The notes below the pieces were generated by a model. That model had not been told where the DNA came from and did not search any database. It was given only the letters and a program-made list of their open reading frames with translations. This document shows positions 1 to 12,687 of a stretch of DNA of 64,000 bases, one piece after another. The DNA comes from Neophaeotheca triangularis. Lineage: Eukaryota. Where the stretch lies: NCBI GenBank assembly GCA_054600435.1, contig BAAIJX010000011.1, forward strand, positions 310,001 through 374,000. The letters are read 5' to 3'. A program made the translations under genes and the position numbers. The number at the start of each line of letters is the position of its first letter. Within the stretch, counting starts at the first letter, position 1.

Positions 1-99
1 GAGCGGTATCACTACGCCGACGCGGACTCCAGAAGCAGAAACGACGTCTCCCGCTTCAGAGCTACTCGTATCACGTCCACCGTCCCCACGTTGACTCAA

Positions 100-2389
100 A
101 TGCCGTCGCCAATACCGCCGCAAGTCAGCTCCATGGCGTACCGACTATGGGCGCTCGCCTTAATACTCGCCGCTACCATGCCGCTACTCCAAGTCTCTTC
201 TTTCTTCGCATACGGTGGCCCGGTAAAAGGTGTCAATGCACGAGTGGTGCCGGATCGTGCTACCAGAACAGCGGGGCTCAGTAAGAGACAGGACTCTTCC
301 ACAGACGTCTGCTTCCGATGGGCGCAACAATGTAGGTCACCGTAAACACAGCAAAGACGGACAACAACTAATCGTAACCACAGCCGCCCTCGTGAACGGG
401 ACGCTATATCTCTACGGCGGCGAAGCCATGACCGAATCGGGACAGGAGCAGAACACTTGGAACAACAACTTCCTGACTCTAGACCTGACCAGGACATGGC
501 AAATCTCGACACCTGCACTAGAAGGCCTACCACAGCCCTCTGGGCCTCCGGCTGTCGCTTTGGGGTACTTGTGGAACTCGCGCGACTCTCTCTACCTCTA
601 CGGTGGACAATTCTCATGGCAACCGCCTCGATCTCCCACCCCTTTCTCACTGTGGGAGTACAGTATCCCAAACGAAGAATGGATCGAGCACAGCGACCCC
701 ACGACTTCCGAAGGCGAGAGCGCCCCCAGCGGCGGCGACGATGTGCAGAGGTCGGCTGAAGGCGCTGGCGTGACTGTGTCAGCGCTCGGCCGGGGTTTCT
801 ATTTTGGAGGTCATCTGGATGGCTACACTACTGATGGGTGGTCACAATCGATACCTCGGATCTACTTGCAATCGCTGCTGGAATTTACCTTTCCCGGGTA
901 CGGTAACGAGCAAGTTGATGCTTTAAGCGATGGCCAGACTGCTGGCTCTGATGGCATTTACCGTAACATCACAGAGGGTGGTCTCCAGTCGGAGTCTGGT
1001 TTCACAAAGCGTGCAGATGGCTTGCTGCTTTATGTGCCTGGTTTTGGGGACCAGGGGATTCTATTAGCACTCGCTGGCGGTACTAACGAGACTTTCACGC
1101 AAATGAATAGTATTGATGTCTACGATATTGCCACGAGCGCTTGGTACAAGCAATCTACTTCCGGCCCGACGCCTAGGATCCGGGTCAACCCATGCGCCGT
1201 AGTGGCAGCGGCTCCAGACGGCAGCTCGTACAACGTATACATGTTCGGCGGCCAAAACCTCAGACCTTTTAGAGAACAGATCCAGTACGACGACATGTGG
1301 ATACTGTCCATTCCATCTTTCACCTGGATTGAGGTTGATCAAAGCGATCAATCAGTGCCCTACGGTCGGAGCGGGCATACTTGCAACGTTTGGGACGGGC
1401 AGATGATCATGGTTGGTGGCCACGTCGAGGAGGACCTCAGCTGCGAGAGTCCGGGGATCTACGTTTTCGATCTGAGCAGCCTTCAATGGCAGCAGCGGTT
1501 TACTGCGCGCAATCCTGGTTCCGTCGAGTCGGGCTCTGGCTCCTCCGGTACCGCCAGTGCGTCAGCAGCTTCTGCTTCTGCTTCTGCCAGCTCCGGTTCC
1601 GGGGTAGAAAGCAATCCCTTCAACCAACAGCCTGCGCAACTTGCAGCTGATTCGGACGACCATGGAGGTTTAGAGGGCTCGTATGGATACGAAGTACCGG
1701 AGGCTGTCATCTCAGTTATTGGTGGCAACAAGCGAGGAGGCGCGACAGTCACGGAGCCAGTGCAGACAGCGTCGGATGGTCCATTGGCAACAGGCTCACC
1801 GAAGACCTACACTGTGACGGACTCGGCCGGGGCAGTAGTTACTCAGACATCTTCACCAGACTCCTCCCAAGACAACAACGCCAGCTCAGAAGACGGGTCC
1901 AATTCCAGCACCTCCGGATCCACCGGCCCAAACGTCGGCGCAATCATCGCGGGTGTCATCGCCGGCGTCTGCTTCTTGGCAGCCTGCTACCTCGCCTTCT
2001 GCACCTACGTCTACCGTCGGCAACTCAAACTCTACAAACGCCACGTGGAAATGTCGCAAAGGCAAGCGCGCGGCGAAAAGATGCCAGCCATTCCGGGTCT
2101 ACTGGGCACGGATTCCGCGAAAAACAGCGACGATCGGCGAAGGGAGCTTCTCGGGGGTGGGTATGATAGCGATAGCCGCGATCCTAGTACCAAGGTAGCG
2201 AGCGGGGCGAGGAGCAAGTATAGTGGGGGGCAGAATAGTGGTGGTGAGAAGAGTGGGAGTGGTAATAATACTGGGTATGCTGAGAGTGCGCGCAGTAGTA
2301 CTGAGGATTTGCTGGGTGGGACAGAGCCTACGTTTGTGGGTGTAATGTTGAATCCTAGGAGGAGCTTGCGGGTTATTAACCGTGATTAA
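100..2389 (+). CDS. Secreted-type kelch/beta-propeller protein with Ser/Thr-rich stalk and single TM helix (type I membrane protein); intron 332-383
   Basis: Hydrophobic signal peptide (start ATG 100 or 133) and a Kex2-like KR site. The GTAGGT..CTAAT..CAG intron joins CFRWAQQ|SALVNGTLYLYGG. Kelch-type GG repeats (LYLYGG, FYFGG, YMFGG, IMVGG), TM segment IIAGVIAGVCFLAACYLAF. Confidence 0.85.
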
Positions 2390-2623
2390 TGATGGGTCGA
2401 GCGAGAGGTTTCGTTGATTTTCTGTACTGGCGCTTAGGCGTTTCTTCACGGTGGGTGGGATGATACCAACGACGTACAATGGAATCGTAGAAAACTTTTG
2501 TATAGCAGATAAACGACTCCGGTACATGGTTATGCCGATTTGTAGTGTTTTATATATGCCCATTACCAGGCGAACGGGGCGAGGGGCTTGGGGGGGTGAA
2601 GTGTGCTCATGGGCGCCCCACTT

Positions 2624-2653
2624 TCACGTGACGGCGCGCCAATCCAGACGCGT
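2624..2653 (+). promoter_or_regulatory. E-box TCACGTGA (2624-2631) and MCB-like ACGCGT (2648-2653) upstream of SLD2
   Basis: Both motifs lie 60-90 nt upstream of the ATG. MCB boxes are typical of G1/S replication genes. Confidence 0.5.
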
Positions 2654-2713
2654 CCTCCTTTCCGTCCGTACAAAACATTCGTACATCACTTATCGCAATC
2701 ATAGCACAACACA

Positions 2714-4249
2714 ATGTCAGTAGATATTGACACGCTACGACACGAGATCAAAGTGTGGGAAAAGACATTTGCCGACGCAAACCATGGCAAGAAACCAACC
2801 AAGCAAGACATCCAACGCGATGCCAGTATAGGTGAGGCCAGAGAAGCAAGAATGGGCAAATAGCACTTCGTTCTGTCAGGCTGACATGCCTATTCAGCTG
2901 CCAAGTACAACCATTACGACTTCCTCCGAGGCAGAAAAGCTGTCAGGTATGCCGTTCAGACTCCAACGAAGCCAGCAAAGCGCCGCTCAATCGAGAACGA
3001 TCGCGAAGCATTACGCGAAAGACCCGCCAACGCCGTAGATTCCACGCCAAAGAAGGAGACAGTCAAGCTCGACGTGCAACAACCACATCGTCTATCACCT
3101 GTCCAAGAAGAAGAGCCCGAGCCCACGCCAGCTTTCATCCGGCATGCCCTCGGGCCCACTCCACAGAAGGATGGCCAGATTCTTGGTATCTTCGACCTGC
3201 CAGGCTCCGCGACACCCTCCAGGAAGATCGGTGACACCCCTTCGAAGCCCCGCGCCGAAGTAGCAGGGACACCAACCAAACCCTCCACTTCGTCTCCCAT
3301 ACAGCTCAACCTTACGAGGACCCCACAGTCGTCCAGCAAGCGCTTCTACCTCGATGCTTTCGCTGGCACACCGCTGAAGCGCAAGCGCGAAGACGATCAC
3401 GGCACTCCCGCTACAGCGAAGAGGCTGTTTGCCACGCCGACGTTCTTGCGGAGGAGCTTTCCTTTGGCTCCCGTTGAGGAGGAGGAGGAGTCGACTTTGC
3501 GTCCGCGAGGGAAGAAGCAACCCATGGTTAGGAGTCTGAGTAGCATGATACAGAACATGCGGAAACAGCAGGAGGAGCAGTTGGACGACGAGCAGGACAT
3601 TATGGATGAGGTGGAGGCGGAAGCGCGGGGAGATAGTGTTCCGTCCAAGGCGGCTAGCGAGTCTTTTGTCGAGGATAGTCAGGGCGTTGAGATGCCTTTG
3701 GGGCCGGATCAGGGACCACCGGAGAGTGATGAGGAGGAAGCTGATGCCGGGGCTTTGGATGCGAATGGGAACCCGAGGAAGGTGTGGAAGAAGAAGGGGT
3801 TGAAGAGGCAGACTAGGCGGGTCAACATGAGGCCTGTGTTACATAAGCCAAGGAAGGAGGCCGACGAGCTGGGTGCTGGCGAGGTCAGTGAGGAAGAGGA
3901 GGTTGTGGAAGAGACGCAGAGGGCGGAGCTGCGGCCTCATGGTAAGAAGAGGATGATGGCGGAAGGGGAGGGTTCGGGTGGGGAAGAGGAAGGTTCAGAC
4001 TACGCAGACGAGGAGCTGGCTTCGGAATCAGAGCTGGTTGCAAAGGGCAAAGCAGTGAAGCCGAAAGCGAGCGAGGGCGCTGGTAAGGAGAAGAAGAAAG
4101 AGACAGAAAAGTTCGAAGCGAAAGAAGGCCCGGTCAAGAAAGCAGCCCGCAAAGTGAGCGCGCAGGCACATCAGAACTTCCGCAAGCTCAAGATTAAGCA
4201 AAAGAATCCCAAATCTGGGGGAAGAGGGGGAAGATTCGGCAAGAGATGA
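2714..4249 (+). CDS. SLD2: DNA replication regulator Sld2/Drc1; intron 2832-2897
   Basis: Exon 1 MSVDIDTLRHEIKVWEKTFADANHGKKPTKQDIQRDASI splices to AAKYNHY. Many S/T-P CDK sites, LGPTPQKDGQILGIFD, WKKKGLKRQTRRVNMRP and NFRKLKIK motifs. Confidence 0.9.
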
Positions 4250-4300
4250 CATTACTACGTGTAACTTCGATATTCGTCCAACCCAAGATTTCAGAAGATA

Positions 4301-4617
4301 TCACGGCACTTCGCATTCTATCAGGCTCTCGACTCCATTCCTGAGAGACCACACACCCCGAAGCGCGAGCCCTGCCTCTCCCTAAATCAAGACTTTCCGC
4401 TGCCCTTCTGTGCGTCCCTTTGAAGACGTCAAGCCCAGCATCATCATATCAAACGCCGTAGCCTCCCAATGAGCGCCTGTGTCTGGGCTTTAGTTTTCGT
4501 TGATCAGCAGCTTCGAATAACCGGGCTCCATGGCCTCTTTCATGCGAGCCAGGATCGCAACGCACTGCTCATCATGCCAATCATGGAGCATGGCGTGCAT
4601 GTCGTAAGCTCGAGCAC
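4301..4617 (-). pseudogene. C-terminal remnant of a fungal SAM-dependent O-methyltransferase (Methyltransf_2)
   Basis: Minus strand reads [59 protein letters not shown]...LI*, then after a frameshift VWSLRNGVESLIECEVP*. In-frame stops at 4490-4492 and 4382-4384. Confidence 0.85.
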
Positions 4618-5950
4618 TTGCAAAGCATCGGCAGACCGCCACACATTACAGCCTAAAAAGCAGGCAGCCAACCCTACCACAGCCACCCTTGGGCAAGTCC
4701 TCCCAACACCGGCCGCCCCGGCGCTTGCAGAAACCTTTCCTCGAAAGCCTCCACATCGTCCCAGCCGGAACCCCCTCCCTTTCCTCCTCATCCATCCCCC
4801 TCGGTCTGCCCCACCCATACGCTCCCATGTGCAAGCCAAACTGCCGCGAAAGCGACGGATGCCGGCTCTGAGACATGAAAAATTTGCGCTCGGTCGGCAT
4901 GGCGTGCTGATGATACCGGTCCGTCCGTTGCGGGACTGGGTTCGGTGTATTCTTTCTTAATTCTCCCGCACGCAGGCTGGAAAAGCGCAAGAGACTGGTG
5001 TCGGCGCTGGCTAGGCGGGGGGACCTAAGCTTTCGCCTGTGACGTGACGGGGATGGATGGCGAGGGATTCGGAGAAGGGCGTGGGAGTGTGGGTTTCGGT
5101 TTCGGTGTCGGTGTTGGTTTCATGGGTATGGTTTATAGCGGCTAAGTGTTTGAGGGTGCGGGAGAGGAGGGTCGGGGTTGTGGAGGTGGCTGAAGGGATC
5201 AAGGCGGAATGTATAATCCTGAGGACACTGTCGTTTAGACTATCGAGCCACGCGGAACGTACAGACGAAATATGAGATCGCTTCAGTCTCGCAGGATCCA
5301 ACGTCGGGGTCATCAGGAAATACCATACGTCAACTCACAGCAAGACCAATCGCTCTCTCTACCAGCAATGTGTCGATGGCCTACGTTACCGAACGCAGCG
5401 CCCTCGGACTGCGAGGCTTTGCATAGGTACAAGCGAAACAGGTACGGTGATACGTCCCTCGGACATGGCCAATGTACATCAAGACAGCTGCGCTGATGTG
5501 TAGACATGAACTCCGCAGCTGTTTAGGAGGTAGACAAGAGCATGAAACAGAGGGGGACGAGCTCGTCTACACAGACATTGGGCGGAGATGAGTGTGCTCC
5601 CTCTAGAAGAGACCGTCTGCGTGGATAACTGGAAGTGCTATGTAAGCATCTTAGAAGTTGCTATCGAGTAATGGTCAAGTAACAGCAACTTGTGTGTCGC
5701 TTCCGGCCACGGCTCGAAGGGCGTTTGCGCTGACGTTCTGCATGGACGTGTATGCATTGCTTTAGTATATTGTCGAGGCGTGTTGGAAGCGATTGCGAGA
5801 CTGTTTTGTTATATTGAAGGTGAGGTGTTGTTGTTTCTATTAGCCATTCAGCCATTCATTGCAATGGACATAAGTTAATATCAATGCCGTGGATTGTGGT
5901 GGTGGTCTCTAATCAGATGTACAGTAGGTAGTAGTAATGCTAGGTAGGGC

Positions 5951-5987
5951 CTTATCTTCAACCTCAATGCCGCCGCCCGCCGATAAG
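5951..5987. promoter_or_regulatory. Paired GATAAG/CTTATC (AreA/Nit2-type nitrogen GATA) sites upstream of allantoinase
   Basis: CTTATC at 5951 and GATAAG at 5982, about 450 nt upstream of a purine-catabolism gene. Confidence 0.45.
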
Positions 5988-6430
5988 AGCAACGCACAAG
6001 ATTGTTTGGAAAAGCCAACCCGTCACCCCGTCACCCCGTCACCGTCTTGCCCGTCGTTCCTCTTTCAATTAATCGAGTAATGGAAACCTACATTGGGTAA
6101 CGAGAGCTCTACCAGAGCCACTTTTGCCATTGCTGCTACTAAAGGTAACTAAGGTATGGCTCGAACAAAGTACACCTCCACACAAACCATGTTGCCTCCA
6201 CAATGCCGCCCGCCGTCCAGCAGTTTCCGCGACCTTTAGCCTTGTGACTACGTACATACACACAACAGGTAGGCTGATGCCGCTTCTTCTTTGCTAGCCA
6301 TTCCAGCGCCCTCCATTCCACATCCTCCGTTTTGGCTTGATACGCTGGGCACTTTAGTATCGACGCTCTCGCCCACGACTGCTTCGCACTGCAGACCACT
6401 CGCATCAGGACGGGAAGCCTCTAGCCCAAC

Positions 6431-8011
6431 ATGGCTCCCTTTGCAACAGGCACCGCGACCCCGCATTCCATTCAAGAGCCCACGGGGACGCCCCTTCAGA
6501 GCCTCCAGGCCTCGGAAATCACTGTCCTGGCCAGCTCTCGCGCGGTCGTGGAAGACGAGCTCACCGCCGCGACCATTGTCATCTCCATAGTCACCGGCAA
6601 GATCGTCTCCCTCTTTCGCTCCCTCCTCCCGTCTTCCTCTTTCCCAGAAGGCACGCCTTATCAAGACCACAGCCCGCAGGTGCTCTTGCCGGGACTGGTG
6701 GATGCGCATGTCCATCTCAATGAGCCGGGGAGGACGGAGTGGGAGGGTTTCTGGACGGGGACGCGTGCGGCGGCGTTTGGAGGTGTCACCACGGTTGTCG
6801 ATATGCCTCTGAATGCCATTCCGCCGACGACGACAATCGCGGGGTTTAAAGAGAAGATTGAGGCTGCGACGGGAAAGTGTTGGGTTGATGTGGGTTTCTA
6901 TGGCGGCATTGTGCCAGGGAATCTGCAAGAGTTGAAACCGTTGGTGAGGGAAGGTGTGCGAGGTTTCAAGGGGTTTCTGATAGACAGTGGAGTGGATGAG
7001 TTCCCCGCCGTCTCTGCTCCTGACATCGCCGCTGTCTTCGAGGAGCTGGCAGACGAGCCTACCACGGTCATGTTTCATGCAGAGATGATACCTCCGATTG
7101 CGGATTCCGTGGGTGATGATGTGCAAATGTCGCTACCCCCCGCCGAGCCCAGTGGCCCTCTCGACAAGTACCAGACCTTTTTGGACTCGCGGCCGGCGTC
7201 GTTCGAGTACTATGCCATCCTCGAAATCCTGAGTCTTGCCCATCTAGCGCCGAAACTAGCTCTACACATTGTACATCTATCCGCTGTAGAGGCCATCCAA
7301 TTGCTGCGAGACGCGAGAGCAAAGGGCGTCGACATCACTGCGGAGACCTGTCCGCACTACCTCAGCCTAGCAGCCGAAGAGATAAAATCAGGGGACAGCC
7401 GCTTCAAATGCTGCCCGCCGATCCGCGACCAAAAGAACCAAGACGGTCTCTGGCAAGAAATGCTAGACAAGTCCGGCGTCATCAAAACCGTCGTCTCTGA
7501 CCACTCGCCCTGCACCCCGAACCTCAAAATGCTGCCCTCCCACGTCCCCGGTGCCGAAGGCGGTGTCAAATCTGGCTACGCCTCTGACGCGGGCAAAGGC
7601 GACTTCTTCACAGCCTGGGGTGGCATCTCCTCCGTCGGCCTTGGCCTGCCCATTCTCTGGACCGAGACTCGTCGCCGGGGTCTCGAAGCCACGGAAACGC
7701 TGCTGAACATCGCTCGCTGGTGCTGCGCCAACACGGCCAAGCAGGTCGGGCTAGAGAGTTCCAAGGGCGCTCTCAAAGTCGGTCTAGACGGCGACGTCGC
7801 CGTCTTTGACCCCGAAGCCCGATTCGAGGTCCAGCCCAGCACGATGCTGTTTAGGAACAAGTGCTCGCCTTATCAGGGGAAAGTGCTCAAAGGCTCAGTG
7901 ACGCAGACATGGCTCCGGGGCCGGAGGATTCACGCGAGAGATGGGGGTTTTGGAGACGGCGCGGCGCCGAGGGGCAAGCTCCTGCTGGAGCCTAGGGTGA
8001 AGGGTAACTAG
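6431..8011 (+). CDS. DAL1: Allantoinase (amidohydrolase family)
   Basis: PGLVDAHVHLNEPGRTEWEGF, GGVTTVVDMPLNAIPPTT, HAE, HIVHLS, ETCPHYL, KCCPPIR and SDHSPC motifs. Intronless ORF of 526 aa. Confidence 0.95.
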   Translation: MAPFATGTATPHSIQEPTGTPLQSLQASEITVLASSRAVVEDELTAATIVISIVTGKIVSLFRSLLPSSSFPEGTPYQDHSPQVLLPGLVDAHVHLNEPGRTEWEGFWTGTRAAAFGGVTTVVDMPLNAIPPTTTIAGFKEKIEAATGKCWVDVGFYGGIVPGNLQELKPLVREGVRGFKGFLIDSGVDEFPAVSAPDIAAVFEELADEPTTVMFHAEMIPPIADSVGDDVQMSLPPAEPSGPLDKYQTFLDSRPASFEYYAILEILSLAHLAPKLALHIVHLSAVEAIQLLRDARAKGVDITAETCPHYLSLAAEEIKSGDSRFKCCPPIRDQKNQDGLWQEMLDKSGVIKTVVSDHSPCTPNLKMLPSHVPGAEGGVKSGYASDAGKGDFFTAWGGISSVGLGLPILWTETRRRGLEATETLLNIARWCCANTAKQVGLESSKGALKVGLDGDVAVFDPEARFEVQPSTMLFRNKCSPYQGKVLKGSVTQTWLRGRRIHARDGGFGDGAAPRGKLLLEPRVKGN

Positions 8012-8838
8012 ATAACGAATAACGCTACTAGCACGCGGTCGTCGCCACGCCTTTTTCATGATCCTTGAGTAGTGAAATGCTGTTTAGCTCTCTATGCAGG
8101 CAGGTGCAGGCGTGCGTCCGCTATCCCGGCCGCCGAGCTACAGCGGCGCGCTGCGCATACCTACATGATTTACCTACAGGCTACTGCACATGGCGTGACG
8201 GGCTGGGTCGGTCGGCCTAGCCCTTCTCTTCGCTAACGACGATGATGAAGTGCTGCTCTTCTTGCCATGCGCGCTTGAGCGAGGCAACGACATGGCTGCA
8301 GTAGAGTGAGTAAGTAGTCTGAACTACCGGTGTGTACATGAATGGGCTATGTACTGTCGCGAGTGTCGCGTAGCCTGTGGTCCCGACGCAACGGTACAGG
8401 ACATTTTTCTCGTCACAATCTTCAGGTAGGCACGTGATGGGACTTGGTTACACATGTATAGGATGTTTTTCCGTTTCTCCTTTTTCCTTTTTTTTTTTTA
8501 AATTTTTTTAATAAAATTTCACGTGATGGTGTGGCACAGACATATACCTACTGCTGATTGACGACGTGGCAGAGACTTCACCGCTCCGCGATACGAGGCG
8601 CGCGATGATGGTGATTATGATGATACGGTCTGTACTACTAGGTACCACTACTACTGCCACTGCTACTGTCTTTGACCCAATGGATTATTTCAGAAGTGGT
8701 TAGGCGTGTAGGTGGGTAAGACCGTTTTCACCGCCTCGGATACTTGCTGTGAGATCTGCTCTCGGTTGGTTGCATTGCGTTGCATTGCATATATAGTGGG
8801 CGGGGGGTTGGCTTCACCGGCGGGTTGTAGTAGGAGGT

Positions 8839-8845
8839 ATTGTTA

Positions 8846-8880
<35 letters not shown>
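8839..8880. repeat. (ATT)n microsatellite
   Basis: tattgttattgttattattattattattattattattatt. Confidence 0.9.
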
Positions 8881-9975
8881 GAGGTGAAGATGCTTGTTAT
8901 CTCCCTACCTTGTATAAAACACGATCCTTGCAGTCTTTCTTCTAGCGCAACTCGAGAAGGATGCGGACGGGAAGGGAAGGGTTAGTAACGGTACCGTTGC
9001 TGCCGCTAATGATAATAAGAAGTTGATTCTATATACTACTAGTAGTAATCAGCTAGGTTGCTGCTGTGTTGTTGTTTCACCACTTTCTCCGCGAAACTGG
9101 CCAAATTTCCCGGGCAAATTTAATATTATCCATCACCATCACCATCCTTGACCTTGTCTCTTCGTATGCATCATAGTACTAGTCAAGAGTAGGACTACTA
9201 CTACTACCACTACCGCTGCACACTGTCGAAACACGGCACTTGCCTTTCCTTGACAGGTTTCTGCCGACTCACACTACTACGAACCCTTGGAACCCCCTCC
9301 CCCCTCCCACTCCACTACCGGCTTCCAATGTCAGACAGCCTCATCATACGTAGCGAGTAGCAGCGGTTTGAAGACTTCCCTTTCCCTACCCTACCTTTTA
9401 ACCTTACCCTACCTTTCACCCTACCCCCCCGGCCGACCTTCTCTCTAACTCATCAACCACGCCGACCTTGGTAAGTAGACTTTATCTTTGTTCTGACCGG
9501 GGGAGCTCGGCTTCTTGTGTGTGTCTGTGTATGTATTGTGTATATGTGTGTGCTGCCGCTATGCCATGCACCGCTGCCAATGGCACAATAATAATATGAC
9601 GGCGGTAACGTAGATTGAATCAACCCAGGCGCGGACCATTTCATCCCTCTTGTGCCACGGTTTCCCATTTGCTCCACTCGTTGCAGCCGTTCGCACCCAA
9701 CAACCTCCTCTCCCTCCCCGGAAACAAGTCTTGTTTTGCCACGTGCCTCTTGGTACTTCAGACCGCTCTCATCATACTCTGCTGCTGCTGCTGCTGCCCC
9801 GTGGTCCCCGTCGACTTGGACGTTCAAGAGATGCACGCGATTGACGTTATTAGCTTCGCAATGGCCGCTCTTTTCCCTTCTCCCGCCCTGATACCCCATC
9901 GACTGCTGTCATCTCTGCTTTGTGTCTTTGCCATACCTTTTCCTTACCCTGTCGTGCCATTTAATCACGGCCAAT

Positions 9976-11878
9976 ATGAGTATAACGCACGCTTACGACG
10001 ATAAGGCTGCCGGCCAGCAACCCCCTCCACCGTACGGTGACACCAAGACAGGCACCGTCCGCGCAGCAATGGCTACGATACACAACGACGACGAGCGATT
10101 ACTCGCCCGTATAGGTTACAAGCAGGTACGGCGAAGGAAGACGTCCATTTCCCCTTTCCCTCAAGCTGCTAAGCTAACAAACGGCCAATAGGAGTTACGG
10201 CGAGAGTTCAGCAAATGGTCGACAATATCTTACGCAATCTCCATTCTCGGTGTGCTCGGTTCGCAACCGGCGACATATGGAGTACCCATCAGCCTGGGAG
10301 GCCCTGCGACTGCCGTGTGGGCGTGGTTCATAGGCTCAATCATGGCAATGGTCATTGCTTGCTCTGGTACGAATCCATGTCGCTGTCGAAGAGAGAGCAC
10401 CAGATCAACGCTGACGCGCCGCAGTGGCTGAACTCGTATCCGCCTATCCTACCGCCGGAGGCATGTACTTTGTCACAAAGCACGTCGTTCCGCCCGAACA
10501 CGTCGCCATTTGGGCGTGGATCATCGGTTGGTGCAACTTCCTCGGTCAGGCTTGCGGTGTGGCATCGCTCGCCTATACGATCGCGCAGATGATATTGGCG
10601 GCGGCGAGCATGAATTCTGGCGTGACGCCTACCGGTTACGTCTACTCACCGTGAGTGCAGAATCGTTTTCGATTCGGAAAGGCAGAGGGAATGCTGACAT
10701 GGAACAGCACGGCCGCTCAGACGGTTCTGCTCGCGCTCCTCACGCTCTGCGTGTTCGGTATCGTCTGCTCTTTGACGACCAGAGCTCTGCATCGCATCAT
10801 TCTCTGGTTCGCGCCGATTAATGTCCTGGCGTCCATCAGCATCTGTATCGCATTGTTGGTCCTCACGCCGGACAAACGAAGCGCAAGCTTCGTCTTCACG
10901 CAAATCGATGACCACTCCGGCTGGGGCAACAAGGGCTTCAGCTTTCTGCTGGGCTTCCTCAACGTCGCATGGGTCATGACCGACTACGACGGCACTACAC
11001 ACATGGCAGAGGAGACTCACGACGCCGCTATACGTGGTCCGCTGGCCATTCGCTTGGCTGTGTTGGTTTCCGGTGTCCTGGGCTTCATGCTAAACATCAC
11101 CTTCTCTTTCTGCTTGACGGAAAACTACATGGAAGACATAGTCGACACGCCTACAGGTTTCCCCGTCGCCCAGATTTTTCTAAACGCCGCCGGCAGGACT
11201 GGTGGCACGGGAATGCTGTTCTTCGTCATCCTGGTACAATTCTTCACCGGAGCTTCCGCCATGCTGGCAAACGCCCGGATGACTTTTGCCTTTGCCCGCG
11301 ACAGTGCCCTGCCCTTCTCAAGCTTCTGGAGCAAAGTCAACAAAACGACCGGCACCCCCGTCAACGCCGTCTGGTTCGTCGCCGTCTTCTGCGCTTGCCT
11401 CAACCTGATCGGCATCGGCTCCACCGAGACCATCACCGCCGTCTTCAACCTCTGCGCGCCTTGCCTGGACCTGAGCTACATCGCCGTCATCTTCGCGCAC
11501 CTGTGGTATTCCAAACGCGTCCAATTCGTCCAAGGCCCCTACACGCTAGGCAAATGGAGCAAACCGATGAACATTCTCGCCATCGTCTGGGTCCTATTCA
11601 TCAGCGTCGTCTTGTTCTGCCCGACCAACAACCCCGTCACAGCGACCAACATGAACTACGCCATCGCCGTCGCCGGCGTGACGGCAATCTTCGCCATGAC
11701 TTGGTGGTACGCGGGCGCAAAAGAGTAAGTGTTGCTTCGTCCAATCTTGGCATCGAAAGTAACAACTGAACTAACGTTGCTCTTCAGGACATATACCGGA
11801 CCTCGCACTCACGACACTTTGCATTCAGTCGCGAGCAGCGATCCGGATGAAGCGGATACCTCTGGCTCGTATGCCTGA
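9976..11878 (+). CDS. APC-superfamily amino acid/GABA/choline-type permease (UGA4/HNM1-like); introns 10126-10191, 10367-10424, 10651-10707, 11725-11787
   Basis: Spliced product reads LARIGYKQ|ELRREFS, GGPATAVWAW, AELVSAYPTAGGMY, HMAEET, RMTFAFARDSALPFS, NMNYA and a terminal YTGP. All introns are GT..CTRAC..AG. Confidence 0.92.
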
Positions 11879-12687
11879 AAGGTTCGCTCTTTCTGCCCCT
11901 GAAGTTCTTTCTCCTTTAACGACCCATCCATCCGCATTTTCGCATTGTTTCCCGTTTGCGTTTCCGGGATGCCTGCGCGCATATTCAGAGCTGGAGCTCA
12001 CATCATCACTTTCTCACCCCTATCGTCATCCCCGTCCGCGACTGAAAGAAGGCAACGAGAGGTGGATCGCACGCATGGACGATCATTGCAGGCGAACCAC
12101 GGCGTTTTTTTGGGAGGCATACTTCTTTTCCATTCCTCCGAGCATGTGAACAGGCCATAGCGAGTTTCTTTGAAAATAAGATAGAACGATAGATACCCTC
12201 CGACCCAAAACACCGCATAAGTTACATTTCCGCAGGCGCTTGATCTGCTTCCCCCCAAAGATATGAAAAACTTCAAGGAAAATCACCAAGTCCACCCTAA
12301 CCCCAACACCAACCCCTGGGAGCACCGTCCAAAACATACCTGTTTCTACAATACTTGGGAGGTTGGAAGAGGATGGATTCGCTGATCTTGATGAACAGGC
12401 TAATCGACTGCGCGTGTGAGGATCATTCCTCTTCGGCTGCCCAGCAGGCTTGTGGTTGGTTGGACCGATCCTTCGACAGAACGACCTGACGTACGTCCGG
12501 AGATCGAGGGAGGAGGATTACGGGACACGGCTGGGAATCGCTAGAGAAAAGGCAGTTTTTATCTCTCCCACAACATTGTTGTTGACCCCCGTAAGCCGAG
12601 ATACAGGCTGAGGCTGGAGCGACCTGGTCTGCAAACCCTTCCCACCGCAGCAACCGCATCCCGATGCTAACTACAAAACTCCTTCAG

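Noticed and set aside
4646..5313. Two minus-strand ORFs (100 and 114 aa), one with a Cys cluster
   Set aside because: They cannot be joined by a phase-compatible canonical intron and show no family similarity. A degraded orphan gene is possible but unsupported.
6248..7126. 292-aa antisense ORF over allantoinase (and similar antisense ORFs over LPD1, AsnRS and the FAD oxidase)
   Set aside because: These are expected by-products of GC-rich codon bias on the coding strand.
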